64,000 nucleotides of DNA from a virus. Lineage: Duplodnaviria > Caudoviricetes. Made by a program: the position numbers and the translations under genes. Shown piece after piece: positions 30,873 through 41,449 of the stretch (the first letter of the stretch is position 1; each line of letters starts with the position of its first letter). Under the pieces are notes generated by a model that made no database searches, had not been told where the DNA came from, and was given only the letters and a program-made list of their open reading frames with translations. The stretch lies in the IMG/VR virus record IMGVR_UViG_3300033075_001021, one strand, 5' to 3'.

Positions 30873-32660
30873 TTATCTTGTTCCACTAAACAACCACATA
30901 TATTGCCCTGTTGGGTCTTGCATATTTTTAGATACAATTGGGTTAAATTTAGGAGTTGCTGTTGCGGTTTTATGTCTATTTTGTTGTGAAACAAATCCGT
31001 TTCCACGTGGAACCTCTGGCTGAGCTGAAGGTGTAGCTGCTATCCAACTACCCAACATTGCTTTTGTTTGACGCTCTAATTTCTCAAGCTTTTTGAATGA
31101 ATGCTCAAGCACCCATAAACACATAGCTAATGCAAAAATTAAATCATCATGATAACCATCCATATGGTCAGGCCTACCATTTTTATAAACAAATGTTTTC
31201 ATTTCCGATGTCATTCTTACAGACCTAATTTTAACTTGATTCATTCTGATTTTTTCTTCAAAGTTTGCAATCATCGCAAGACGTATACTACTTACTTGAA
31301 GGCCTGGTATTTTATTGTCTTTTTTATATTGTTCGATTTGTTTTTGTTTACTTGAAAGAATCTTACTATTTGGCGTTTCATAATGTAAACGCTTATAATC
31401 AAATTCAAGAAGCTTTAATACTGTAGAAACACCCATACCACCAGTAATATCAACTACTGTATAGGCTTTATATAATTCACCATACTCTTCAACTAACTGG
31501 GCTAAAAGGTCTGGTTGTATCTTACCCTTATATTCCATAACTTCTTCCATGGTAGTGAAATCCAATATTACAATTGTCGATGAGTCCTCACCATCACCTC
31601 TTGATACGTCGACACCCATGATGTATTGATGACCCTCTTGAGGTTCTTCCCAAATCCATATTTTACCGTTTTCACCAGCAGTATATTTTGGGTCACAAAC
31701 ATTTTCTTTTTCATGCATTGCAATGTCAGCCTCACTAATCACATTACCACCAGAACCAATAAAGGATACATCCAACTCTTGAGCAATCATTCTAGCATCG
31801 TTGTTCATACCTAAACACATTTGCTCATACCATGTAGACGTTGGTTTATAATTAGCATCAATCATTCTTTTATATGAATCGAATGTAAATTCAATCTCTT
31901 CAATTACTTCATCACCTTTAATCCATCTCAGGTCTTTGTTGTAACGAAGGTCTTCATACCATTTCATCTCAACAATGTTAAAGTTATTATCACGTTCCTT
32001 AGCTTGTTTATAAGTTTCGTAATATAACTTATCCATACCATTTGGTGTAGAAATAAGCATGGCGTGACCACCAGTACCTAACGCTGTTAATGCAGCACCA
32101 AATACTTCAGCACCGTTATCAATATATGCGGCTTCATCCATCACAAGATACGTCGGAGTAAAACCCCTCAACGCATCTTTAGATGTTGCAACCGCTTTTA
32201 CACGACTATTATTAGGTAATCTGATTTCTTTTTTTGAATCCGTTATAAAAATACTTTTTGATTCATTTTTTTTATTACCGTAATATTCTGGCCCCCACAC
32301 CCATCTTGGTAATTGGGATAAAAAGTCTTTGATTTTTGCAAGGAATTCAAACGCCAATTCTTGTTTGTTAGCGATAATTAGTACGTTTTCTGGATTATCT
32401 TCATCAGAAAATGCTACTTTAATAGAAAGAAATGCGGCTGTAGTTGTAGATACACCCGCCTGTCTTGGTTTGGTTACAAGATTAAACCTATGTTTTTGAT
32501 ATGCTTGAATTATTTCTTTTTGTCTAGGGAATAATTTAAATGGAACAAACCCTTCTTGGGTTTTGTCAAATGTTTCTAAGTAAGTCTCAATAGCATAAAT
32601 TGGACTCGCTAAACACTTACCATATTCGGTTAATATTTCTTGTCTAGTTAACATACTCAT
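30873..32660 (-). CDS. gp17: Terminase large subunit, T4 gp17-like
   Basis: KPRQAGVST, VMDEAAYI, ISTPNG, GVDVSRG, HDDLIFA. Confidence 0.95.
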   Translation of the reverse strand: MSMLTRQEILTEYGKCLASPIYAIETYLETFDKTQEGFVPFKLFPRQKEIIQAYQKHRFNLVTKPRQAGVSTTTAAFLSIKVAFSDEDNPENVLIIANKQELAFEFLAKIKDFLSQLPRWVWGPEYYGNKKNESKSIFITDSKKEIRLPNNSRVKAVATSKDALRGFTPTYLVMDEAAYIDNGAEVFGAALTALGTGGHAMLISTPNGMDKLYYETYKQAKERDNNFNIVEMKWYEDLRYNKDLRWIKGDEVIEEIEFTFDSYKRMIDANYKPTSTWYEQMCLGMNNDARMIAQELDVSFIGSGGNVISEADIAMHEKENVCDPKYTAGENGKIWIWEEPQEGHQYIMGVDVSRGDGEDSSTIVILDFTTMEEVMEYKGKIQPDLLAQLVEEYGELYKAYTVVDITGGMGVSTVLKLLEFDYKRLHYETPNSKILSSKQKQIEQYKKDNKIPGLQVSSIRLAMIANFEEKIRMNQVKIRSVRMTSEMKTFVYKNGRPDHMDGYHDDLIFALAMCLWVLEHSFKKLEKLERQTKAMLGSWIAATPSAQPEVPRGNGFVSQQNRHKTATATPKFNPIVSKNMQDPTGQYMWLFSGTR

Positions 32661-32697
32661 TCCTATAAATATGTTAAAACATCAAAAAAAAGCCATT

Positions 32698-33723
32698 TTA
32701 CCAATGGTTGAAGTATTTGCGCCAATTGCAAACTGCCTTTTTACTTACTTTAGATAATCCCCATTTATTTAATATTTGAAGATTGAACATATCTAAAAAA
32801 TATGCTCGTGTTAATTTATCTGTGATATCTTTTGACGAAGTTGTTTTAGCTTTGTATAAAGGATTTAACCACGCTATTTCATCTGACCCAATAACTGGAA
32901 TACCTTCAGAGACCATATCAGCGGCAACAATATTAAATGTCTCATTGAATGAAACTTGTAAACCTAAATCCATTCTTGAAATAAGGTCTTTAAATTCATG
33001 ATGTGAATACCACCTGTGCTCAACTAATTTGTGGCGAGTTTGATTATCAAACAACGCCCTGATATTTTTTAGGGCGGTGTCACCCTTTTCAACCCTTTCT
33101 GAATTTATGTGGAAATAAATAGTTCTATCGATTTGGTTTCCAAAATCAATAGCAGCTACCGCTTGTATTAGTTGATTTTTCATCGGTCTAATAGCGCCAA
33201 AACAACCAATATCAATTTGGTCTTTAGTTAATTGTCTACGTTTTTTGTGAATTACGGGATAATAATTAGGAAGATAAACAAGATTTCTAACACCAACTTT
33301 TTTCAAGTCATCATACATTTTTACAGTATTTGGTGCAATCTTAATGTTGTAATCTAAAGCAATCTTATCGTATTCAAATATCCAAGTTATAGCATGACCC
33401 TCATTTGAAATAAATGGTATTTCGGAATGCAACCTAATAATCCATTCAACATTTGGATGTAACTTATGCAAAATCTCAAATTTTGTTGGAACTACCCATA
33501 TTGCCTCAATAATTACGTGCGTTGGTTTATACTTGCTTACTTCCCTATCAATGTCATTGTTGTCATTAACTTGAACTAAATGCGATTCAATACCAATCTT
33601 ATTTAGCATATCATTAACGAATGTTGCACTGTTAAATAAGCCTGAGTGAATTGCTCTTCCATCGTATGGAGTGTCATATAATTTTTTCTTTTTTAAGATG
33701 AATAGCACTTTGTGGTGACGCAT
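32698..33723 (-). CDS. GT-B glycosyltransferase
   Basis: GAIRPMKN; ETFNIVAAD..GIPVIGS. Confidence 0.75.
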   Translation of the reverse strand: MRHHKVLFILKKKKLYDTPYDGRAIHSGLFNSATFVNDMLNKIGIESHLVQVNDNNDIDREVSKYKPTHVIIEAIWVVPTKFEILHKLHPNVEWIIRLHSEIPFISNEGHAITWIFEYDKIALDYNIKIAPNTVKMYDDLKKVGVRNLVYLPNYYPVIHKKRRQLTKDQIDIGCFGAIRPMKNQLIQAVAAIDFGNQIDRTIYFHINSERVEKGDTALKNIRALFDNQTRHKLVEHRWYSHHEFKDLISRMDLGLQVSFNETFNIVAADMVSEGIPVIGSDEIAWLNPLYKAKTTSSKDITDKLTRAYFLDMFNLQILNKWGLSKVSKKAVCNWRKYFNHW

Positions 33724-33787
33724 AGAATCCTTTTCTAATAAATATCATACATTAAATCGATTAACAATTTTCTTTAAAAATATTTTC

Positions 33788-33816
33788 AAAAAAAAAAGCG
33801 CTCAATGAGCGCTTTT
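33788..33816. terminator. Intrinsic terminator
   Basis: AAAAGCGCTCA-A-TGAGCGCTTTT. Confidence 0.8.
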
Positions 33817-33817
33817 G

Positions 33818-35035
33818 TTATAAAAAATCTTCTACGTCTGTATCGTACTCCGTTCCATCCTCTTCAATACCCAATTCATTTAATGCGGAATGATACTCTT
33901 CTTGTTGAATATCTTGTTTAACCGTTTCAATAATATTCTTAATTATTCTCTTTCCTTCTTTAGTACCAGCCATGATTTCTTTCATTTGTGCATGAAATTC
34001 TCTTGCAGGTAACGCCGCTAATTCGGAATAAACGTGATGCTTTAAGTTAAAGTCATCTGGGTCGATGGCATCTGTAAATCTTTCCCATATAGCTGGACCA
34101 ATTCTCATATCCCAAGGCTCAGCTGCAACAAAATCTGCTTTATTTGTAACGTATTCGGTTAACTTTTTATCTTTTGGTAAACCGTGGGCTGATAACAATT
34201 CCATAACACCCTTAACAATTTCATGAACCAAAACAGGAAATACCATTGCTTGAGCGTGGATTTTAGCTTTTGGGTTTTTCTTTGACGGGTATTCAACTTC
34301 AACCACACCACCAGTTACTGCCTTTCCACCTTCTTCAAGGTTTGGAACCACATAATACATATAATCAGCCGCTGACATCATTTTATGATATTTGTTTGGA
34401 AGTCTTGGGTCCATATTAACCAAGTCTTCATCAACCATATGGAACATATGATTACATTTTTTTGCCGCACCTTGAGTCATAGCATTTAAAAATCTACGTT
34501 TGTAAACTTCTTCGTTAGCCCTTACAAAGTCATCATGTTTTTCAAATTCTATCCCTTCAACCGACATTGGTTTTGGATTCATTTTGGCACCCTTTAAACT
34601 AATTTTTGGGGTTAGTTCAGCAACTATCTCGACAACATCTTCATCCATGTCAAACTCTTCTCTAATCATTTTAATGGCCAATTCTTGAAGTTCTTTGGCG
34701 TGTTTAGCTTCTAACTCCATAGTATCATAAACCAATCCCATCATGCCTTTAATTGCTTCTTTTGAATCAATTTTATCTACATCAAAAGCCCTTTTATATC
34801 TCTTTTGAACTTCATCAAATCTTTTACCCAATATTTTTTGTTCAAAAGTATATTCATCATCTTCAGGAAATGCTGGATGGTTACCTAAAGAGTGTTTCCT
34901 CATTGCCAAATCTTGCTCTAATTTTGGGTGCATCCTTTCGGTTACACCTTCTGGATAGACGATAGACTCATTTAAAAGCTTTTTTGTTGTAGCTTTTATT
35001 AATGCCATTTCAGCTAATTTTTTAAAGTCTGTCAT
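33818..35035 (-). CDS. Hypothetical protein
   Basis: 405 aa; FPVLVHEIVKG zincin-like remnant. Confidence 0.75.
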   Translation of the reverse strand: MTDFKKLAEMALIKATTKKLLNESIVYPEGVTERMHPKLEQDLAMRKHSLGNHPAFPEDDEYTFEQKILGKRFDEVQKRYKRAFDVDKIDSKEAIKGMMGLVYDTMELEAKHAKELQELAIKMIREEFDMDEDVVEIVAELTPKISLKGAKMNPKPMSVEGIEFEKHDDFVRANEEVYKRRFLNAMTQGAAKKCNHMFHMVDEDLVNMDPRLPNKYHKMMSAADYMYYVVPNLEEGGKAVTGGVVEVEYPSKKNPKAKIHAQAMVFPVLVHEIVKGVMELLSAHGLPKDKKLTEYVTNKADFVAAEPWDMRIGPAIWERFTDAIDPDDFNLKHHVYSELAALPAREFHAQMKEIMAGTKEGKRIIKNIIETVKQDIQQEEYHSALNELGIEEDGTEYDTDVEDFL

Positions 35036-35036
35036 A

Positions 35037-36092
35037 TTATTTTAAATCTTTTACTTTTATTATTCTTCTCTCAGTAACTGTTTGTTGACCAGTTGCTGGG
35101 TTTTGTGTTGGCTTAGCTTCTTGTGCCAAACCCTTAATACCATTTATTAATTGAGATAAACGACTTGCTGAAACACCAACTTCTTTACCAAAAGCAATAA
35201 TCATTTGTTCTTGTGCTACTGGATTTTGTTGTATCCTACCAATTATTGATGGAGTTAATTTTGTTTTAACTAAATCCATTGCTTTTTGTACACTGGTCAT
35301 GACATTAGCTGGAACAACTTCTTGCTCATCTGTTGTTTCTTTCATTTTACGTTTTCCAAATAAAGCAGAATCAATATATTTTTTAAACTCTTTAATCCCC
35401 ATATAAGTCTCTTCTTCTGTCATTTGTGCTTTAGCTAACTCTTGAATGGTTTTGAATTTTCTAACCTTCCCCGCTTTTTCATTAACAATAAAATGTTTAA
35501 ACCCTTCAAAACTTGGGTTTTTACTATCCTTTTTAGTTTCTTTTGTCTTTTTTTCTTCAGGTATAGGATTTAATGTTGCAGCCTCTGGGCCTTCAGGCTC
35601 TTGAACACCTAATTCATTAATTGCTGATTTTGCAATGTTTTCAAATTCCTTAACATCATAGATTTTACAATTACCTGACTCATCTTGTTCGTCAAATGCA
35701 TAAACACCCATTGTAACTTTTCTATCTGGGCCCATGGCTCTAACCATTTGATAATTCTTACCATTGATTGTAAATGGTTTTGAATTCTCACCAGTACTTT
35801 CATCAACAACCTCAGATACATATTCTAATTTGATTGGTGATGTGTTACCCTCATCACCTTCATTAGTGACAACAACATCAACTTCTTTATCTTTTAGGCT
35901 ATCTAACGTTTTTTTAAGATTTTGTGGGTTGGTGTAAACACGTGCGTTTTTCTTAAATCCAGACGTAGATTTAGAACCTGTACTTGAAGTAGAGGTAGAT
36001 TTTGATGTAGAACTCCCTGCATTATCACTAGTTTGATAACTTTGAATACCGACATCTAATGCACCTTCTTGTATTTTAGTTTTGTTTTTCAT
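35037..36092 (-). CDS. Hypothetical protein, possibly head-associated
   Basis: 351 aa; IQE/INE-type motifs. Confidence 0.7.
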   Translation of the reverse strand: MKNKTKIQEGALDVGIQSYQTSDNAGSSTSKSTSTSSTGSKSTSGFKKNARVYTNPQNLKKTLDSLKDKEVDVVVTNEGDEGNTSPIKLEYVSEVVDESTGENSKPFTINGKNYQMVRAMGPDRKVTMGVYAFDEQDESGNCKIYDVKEFENIAKSAINELGVQEPEGPEAATLNPIPEEKKTKETKKDSKNPSFEGFKHFIVNEKAGKVRKFKTIQELAKAQMTEEETYMGIKEFKKYIDSALFGKRKMKETTDEQEVVPANVMTSVQKAMDLVKTKLTPSIIGRIQQNPVAQEQMIIAFGKEVGVSASRLSQLINGIKGLAQEAKPTQNPATGQQTVTERRIIKVKDLK

Positions 36093-36489
36093 AGTCTTTT
36101 GTATTACATACGAATGTTAGGTCTTTTTCATAAAGCTTAGCTTCAACCTCTTCGAGAGTTTCGCCAAATTTAAAACATAACCTATAATCTGGATAAGAAT
36201 CATAAGCGTTAATGTTTTCCCATGCAAGGGCAATCACCCCGTCAATCGCATCCCAAACAGCAAACGTATCGCTATTTTGAACAACATCTAATCTAAGCTC
36301 TGATTCCAATTTTCCCACGTGTTTTATAAAATTTTCGTGTGGGGGTTCGGGTCTACCAGAAGCTGGGAATGTATCCCAATCTTCACCATCAATATTTTTA
36401 GTTGAATCAGAAAAAAGAAATTCATAAATATAATTCCCCTTGTAATCTTTTCCAACTTGATTTACGTATATTAAATATAGGTTTTTCAT
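36076..36489 (-). CDS. Hypothetical acidic protein
   Basis: 137 aa in operon. Confidence 0.7.
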   Translation of the reverse strand: MKNLYLIYVNQVGKDYKGNYIYEFLFSDSTKNIDGEDWDTFPASGRPEPPHENFIKHVGKLESELRLDVVQNSDTFAVWDAIDGVIALAWENINAYDSYPDYRLCFKFGETLEEVEAKLYEKDLTFVCNTKDYEKQN

Positions 36490-37532
36490 TATCCGATATA
36501 CATATTTAATTCATAAGTACCGCTGTCCATTCTATAAATTTGAGCGTTAATCATTTTTTTTGTTGGTGCACCATTTATTGTTAACGGCATTCTAATTCTT
36601 TTTGTCTCTCCGTATGCTACATGTTGCACGTCAAACATCCCAAACTCAATTGGGTCGTAACCCCTAGCCATCGCATATTTTTCAATCTGAGATATTGCAG
36701 AATTTAATGTTTTATGATAAATTTCATAATCTTTCATTCCTTCACTTACCCCTTTTGGTTGTGTTTTTATACCAGGTGTTACATTTGGTAAAAATGGCTT
36801 ATTTTTTCTTGATGGTTTTGGTTCTGGTGTGGTCGCAGGTTTTGTTGCTGGTTTAACCTCAGGTTTTGTCGTTGGTTGTGTCATATCTTCGTTTTGTACA
36901 AAGATACGATTATTTTCGAACATATTCAAGTTTTCGGCAACCATTTTAGAAACTGGTTTTTTAGACCACATTTTGCAAGACCAATATTTAGGTGTTGTCC
37001 TGTCTTTAGCCTGTGAACATTTATGTCTAGCCCTAAATGACTTTCTTCTTTCTGGATTATCACGTTTGATTTCCATATTTGGGTCGCCAAAGTTAACCTT
37101 TACTACCTTACCTTTTTTATTTTTAACAAAGACCTTAAACTTTTTTACGTCCCCTTTCATTGGTTTACCCAACTTTACCGTTTTGCCTTTGTATTCGGCC
37201 TCATTCATCATCTCTACACCATCTTCGACACTACCATATTCGTCTTCATATCCAGCCTCAGTTTCACCATCAAAAGAATCCATTTCGTCCTCGCCAATAG
37301 TAGCGTTTAAAAAATGATAAACCTCTTCAATATCATCAGCTGCGGTTGCCATGTGGTCAGTGGCCCAATTGTGACCATCGGTTAAGATTTCATCTACTTT
37401 AGATGGGTCCATTTCTAACAAATGACCAATAGCTTCATGAATTGTTTTAAGATTATTGAAAAACATATAGTTTTTCATCTCAGGTTGACCTTCAACCATT
37501 TCGTGTAATTTTTTTGCTATTAAACCTTTCAT
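36489..37532 (-). CDS. Multi-module putative head-internal protein
   Basis: Contains the VNFGDP..RRKSFRARHKC..YWSCKMW module seen in T4-like phages. Confidence 0.7.
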   Translation of the reverse strand: MKGLIAKKLHEMVEGQPEMKNYMFFNNLKTIHEAIGHLLEMDPSKVDEILTDGHNWATDHMATAADDIEEVYHFLNATIGEDEMDSFDGETEAGYEDEYGSVEDGVEMMNEAEYKGKTVKLGKPMKGDVKKFKVFVKNKKGKVVKVNFGDPNMEIKRDNPERRKSFRARHKCSQAKDRTTPKYWSCKMWSKKPVSKMVAENLNMFENNRIFVQNEDMTQPTTKPEVKPATKPATTPEPKPSRKNKPFLPNVTPGIKTQPKGVSEGMKDYEIYHKTLNSAISQIEKYAMARGYDPIEFGMFDVQHVAYGETKRIRMPLTINGAPTKKMINAQIYRMDSGTYELNMYIG

Positions 37533-37533
37533 A

Positions 37534-38567
37534 TTATTTCTTAAGTTTATTAATCAATTTATTTTGTAACTTTAAAAAGTTTTCATCAATTGGAACACAA
37601 TTAGGTACTTCTTTACCATTTTTGGTCTTCATCCCCACTTGTTTATAACCTTTCCAACATGGCTTCATTTCATCAAGAATATCATTTGAACCTTCTTGAA
37701 ACATATTGTTTTTTGGTGGATTTTGCAACATAAAATCAGCCTCACTAACATTTAGTTTCTGGCCAGCATTATTTATTCCAGCCTTTACTTGGTCTAAAAG
37801 TTCTAGTCCTTTAATGCATTTTTCATTATCGTCTTCCCATTCAGTTTCAATTATATTGGCAAATTCTTCTGGTGAAACCTCTTCTTCATATGCAAACCAT
37901 CTAGATAAAATGTTTTTATCAAGCTCATCACCATTATTAAATCTATCAATAAGCGCTTGTTGTGGATTATGAACCGATACACCCTCAAATAAATTATCAA
38001 GGTCATCACCAGTTTCTTCAGGTGCTTGGTCTTGAGCATCATCAGGTGCAGCCTCAGGTGTTTCATCTGGAGCATCGGTTGGTTCTTCGGTATCAGAAGT
38101 CATTTCAGCATCTTCATCCCCTCTACCTGAACTCTTAACTTTTTTAATAATATCTTTTTGGTCTTCTGGGTTCATTTCAGCCGTATGTGTTGCTGATAAC
38201 AAAGAATTAATCGCAAACTTTTCCAATTCAAAGTCTGGTCCACCTTGTTCATCTTCGTATTTTCTTAAAGATTGACCTAATTTACCAGTAAGTTGTTCAA
38301 TGTATTTTTTTGGGTCGGAATCTTCATCCGCTTCAACACCAGCATCAAAAGGCTCATCATCAAATGGTTTATCATTTGATTGAGCTTGTTCTGGATTAGC
38401 ATCGGCACCACCTTCGGCACCAAATAAATTATCTGTAGAATTATCAGCACCGTTCATTTGTGCTGCGTCAGGAGTAGGAGTATCAGCTGGGGCTGGGGCT
38501 GTTTTGGCCCCAAGCTTCAACTTAAATTTTGTATCTTCGCTTATTTCAGCGTATAGACTTTTTTTTT
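37534..38567 (-). CDS. Downstream (-1 frame) part of a probable frameshift fusion protein
   Basis: Frame opens at an A9 run right after an in-frame TAA, with no ATG nearby; has a CWKGYKQVG..VPNCVP module. Confidence 0.65.
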
Positions 38568-39335
38568 ACGCGGAGCGGTAATGTAATCGATGATTCCATC
38601 CATTTCATTAATTGCTCTTTCTATTGACAGTTTTGGTTCAACTGGCTTTGCTTCAACAGCTTTTCTTTCGAACATCATGTCATCAATAGCTTGCATTTCT
38701 GGATTTAAATCTTCTTCTTCAAACTGAGCGCCAGCACGTACAGCTGCTAAATCAGCAGCATCAATTGCATTAGGGTCACCAGCTAAAGCAGCCATATCTT
38801 GCTGTCTTCCAGTTAACTCATCCATTATAGCTTCATTTTTTTCGAATGTTTCTGGGTTACGGTCTTGTTTATTAGCAGTTGCATAATAAACTTCTTTTCC
38901 TTTTTCAGGACCGTATTGAGCAATAAAGTTAGCCATGGCTTCTTTATCAAATTCATTCATTTCATAGCAATCACTTTCAAATACATTGATTTGACCAGAT
39001 TTACCGTATGCTTCATTAAGGCTGTTAAACTTAAGGTTTAAGTGCTTAATTGCTTTAGCATAAGTTGGATATGCTTCTTGTTTCTTGTTTTTTAAACCAC
39101 CAATGTAGGAGAAATCTTCAGCGACAAGCTTACCCTCTCTTTTTGTGGCGACTTTAATGTAGTATTCATGGTTTTCTCTAACGACACCATAAACATTACC
39201 GTCTGGGCCCATCTTGGTTAATTCAACAGAAGAGCGAGTCAAACTTTCATTAATAGGTGTAATCCCCATTAATTCTTTCATACGCTCATTTATTTCATTA
39301 CCTTTAAGGCCAACTGGGCTTATTCTTTCTTTCAT
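38541..39335 (-). CDS. Putative head-associated protein, upstream part of the frameshift fusion
   Basis: 264 aa ending PRKKKVYTLK; TATTTAT upstream. Confidence 0.75.
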   Translation of the reverse strand: MKERISPVGLKGNEINERMKELMGITPINESLTRSSVELTKMGPDGNVYGVVRENHEYYIKVATKREGKLVAEDFSYIGGLKNKKQEAYPTYAKAIKHLNLKFNSLNEAYGKSGQINVFESDCYEMNEFDKEAMANFIAQYGPEKGKEVYYATANKQDRNPETFEKNEAIMDELTGRQQDMAALAGDPNAIDAADLAAVRAGAQFEEEDLNPEMQAIDDMMFERKAVEAKPVEPKLSIERAINEMDGIIDYITAPRKKKVYTLK

Positions 39336-39367
39336 AAATCTTTGATTTTATAATAAATATCTTAATT

Positions 39368-39610
39368 TTACACAAAAATTGGTCCTTCTTGTCGATTATT
39401 AATCGTTTCACCCAACAAATAAACATTTGCTGTTGCACTAATACTTGTCACTTTTATTTTTATTGATGAACCTGCCCCCATGGTAACACTAACCCCATTG
39501 ATTGTTGGTGTAGCAGCCGCACCAGCATACACCTCAGTGTATGTATGTGCGCTGAAGTTTGCAGCACTTGCTGCAACTATAATTGAATGTATGTCATTTA
39601 ATAAAGGCAT
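39368..39610 (-). CDS. Small beta-rich hypothetical protein
   Basis: 80 aa; TATTTAT upstream. Confidence 0.6.
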   Translation of the reverse strand: MPLLNDIHSIIVAASAANFSAHTYTEVYAGAAATPTINGVSVTMGAGSSIKIKVTSISATANVYLLGETINNRQEGPIFV

Positions 39611-39644
39611 AAGATGATTTTATATATAAATATCAAAACAAACG

Positions 39645-39672
39645 AAAAAAGCACCGAAATTCGGTGCTTTTT
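39645..39672. terminator. Intrinsic terminator
   Basis: AAAAAAGCACCGA-AAT-TCGGTGCTTTTT. Confidence 0.82.
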
Positions 39673-39691
39673 CATTTTTAATTCTTATGGA

Positions 39692-40405
39692 TTAGGCAAC
39701 TACGTACTTAACCCCGTTTACAACTAACCAGTTGATTTCGTTGATGTTTACCTTTCTAAGGTTTGAACCTTTTCCATCGTCTTCGATATCCATGTCAATA
39801 ACATCGTAGAAACCATTTGCTGATGAGAATTGAACTTTATACCCCCTTAAAACCCTTTCTTCACCTTTTTCAACTGAAAAAATTGGGTTCTCTTGGATTT
39901 GTTTGAATGCTTCCTCAAGTGTTACCTTACCAGAACTAATGTTAGATAATGCGTCTTGGATTTGCTTATCCTTTGCTGCGTTATACGCTTTCTTAGTCAA
40001 TTCCTTACCCTTTTTGTTAAAGCATACAGATAACACTTGTGTTGAGTGAATGTCTGTCCAAAGGCTTCTAATGCCTTTTAATTTGACATCTCCTTCTCTA
40101 ACGGTTGAATCGGCTTCAAGCTGTCCTTTCTTCTTAGCCTCATCGATTTGTTTTTGTGTCCAGTGCTTATCTTCAACACCAACTTCAACTTCTTCAGTGT
40201 ATTGGTCGGCTGTTTGTAATAATTCGGCAACATACCTGTCATCCAAATTTACCTTCTGGCCAGATTCAAGGTGTTTGAATTGACGTTTACCGTTTTCTTG
40301 GCCTAAATAGACGTAATGGCTTTCTTCGCTAAATACGTCACCCACTTCAACCTCATTAAGGTTAATTGGTTTTCTTGTTACTTCTGTTTGTGTTTGTGTA
40401 CTCAT
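39692..40405 (-). CDS. Hypothetical protein
   Basis: 237-aa ORF. Confidence 0.75.
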   Translation of the reverse strand: MSTQTQTEVTRKPINLNEVEVGDVFSEESHYVYLGQENGKRQFKHLESGQKVNLDDRYVAELLQTADQYTEEVEVGVEDKHWTQKQIDEAKKKGQLEADSTVREGDVKLKGIRSLWTDIHSTQVLSVCFNKKGKELTKKAYNAAKDKQIQDALSNISSGKVTLEEAFKQIQENPIFSVEKGEERVLRGYKVQFSSANGFYDVIDMDIEDDGKGSNLRKVNINEINWLVVNGVKYVVA

Positions 40406-40416
40406 ATAAATTGTGT

Positions 40417-40632
40417 TTATTTTATTTTTTCACCGCACCTTAAAGGTGTTCCGTCTGAATTAAAAACTTGCATTGTCATCCCTCTTTTGAATTTGTAAAC
40501 AAACCCGTTTTCACATTCGATTTTATAATCAAAATGCATCCCGACTTCATACGGGTCTTTTTTACTTTCAAAGTATAACCCTATTGAAAAGGCTATAATT
40601 ACAAAAAGCACCAGCAATAAAAATTCTTTCAT
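40417..40632 (-). CDS. Small membrane-anchored protein
   Basis: N-terminal TM; TTGACT-N17-TATATT upstream (40685..40657). Confidence 0.6.
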   Translation of the reverse strand: MKEFLLLVLFVIIAFSIGLYFESKKDPYEVGMHFDYKIECENGFVYKFKRGMTMQVFNSDGTPLRCGEKIK

Positions 40633-40844
40633 ATCTCTGTGTTTTTAGTTTATATTAATATACTAAGAGATGCGGGAAAAGTCAATAGAATTATGTGATT
40701 TTTTAAGCTCTTTTAACCCTCCGTTTTCCTTTATAATTCGATGTAAAAAGATTACTCTTTTTCTCCAATATGTTTTTTCTAGTATGTTTGATTTTTCTAA
40801 CTTATATTTTGCCTTATGGTATTCTAATATGTACCGATTCATTA

Positions 40845-41066
40845 TTATATTTTTTTTATCTTTTCAATTGTACCGTCTTTCCAATGTTTTACAAGCCACC
40901 CATCTTTATCCATGTAAACCTTAGGTAACCCCTGTCCCCATGTATCGGCTTCTATTTGTTTTCTAAATCCCTCTTTAAATTCTGGAGAATTAAATAACTC
41001 CGACACCAAATCATTATCCTCAATCTCATCCAAAGATTTACAATCTTTTAATTTTTTCTTTTTCAT
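40845..41066 (-). CDS. Hypothetical protein
   Basis: 73 aa in operon. Confidence 0.55.
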   Translation of the reverse strand: MKKKKLKDCKSLDEIEDNDLVSELFNSPEFKEGFRKQIEADTWGQGLPKVYMDKDGWLVKHWKDGTIEKIKKI

Positions 41067-41070
41067 GTTT

Positions 41071-41445
41071 TTAATTTGAAAGTGGCGCTTTGATTGCTGG
41101 TTGTGATTGATAACATATCGTAATAATTAACCCTCTACTAACATTAAGTTCTCTTGCAACGGATGCCGACGTTAATTTTAATTTACTTACTAACATTTTA
41201 TCAACTATTAAATCAGAATTTTTTTCTCTATATCTATATAACATCCATTGTAATTCAAAAAATATAGAACCCCAATTAATGGTACCATCGTTGTTAATAG
41301 GTGTTCTTAATTTTAATGTTTTTCCAATAAACTCTTCGGAAATTCTTATGTCAGGGATTGCTTGTGAAAAATAAACAAAGTCATCATTAATTTTCTTACA
41401 ATAATCCCTATCCTCGGTTTCAGTAAATTGATTAATATCTATCAT
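41071..41445 (-). CDS. Hypothetical protein ending in a copy of the ThyA C-terminus
   Basis: YQSQPAIKAPLSN* vs ThyA YQSHPPIKAPLSN*; 21 identical nt. Confidence 0.7.
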   Translation of the reverse strand: MIDINQFTETEDRDYCKKINDDFVYFSQAIPDIRISEEFIGKTLKLRTPINNDGTINWGSIFFELQWMLYRYREKNSDLIVDKMLVSKLKLTSASVARELNVSRGLIITICYQSQPAIKAPLSN

Positions 41446-41449
41446 TTAT

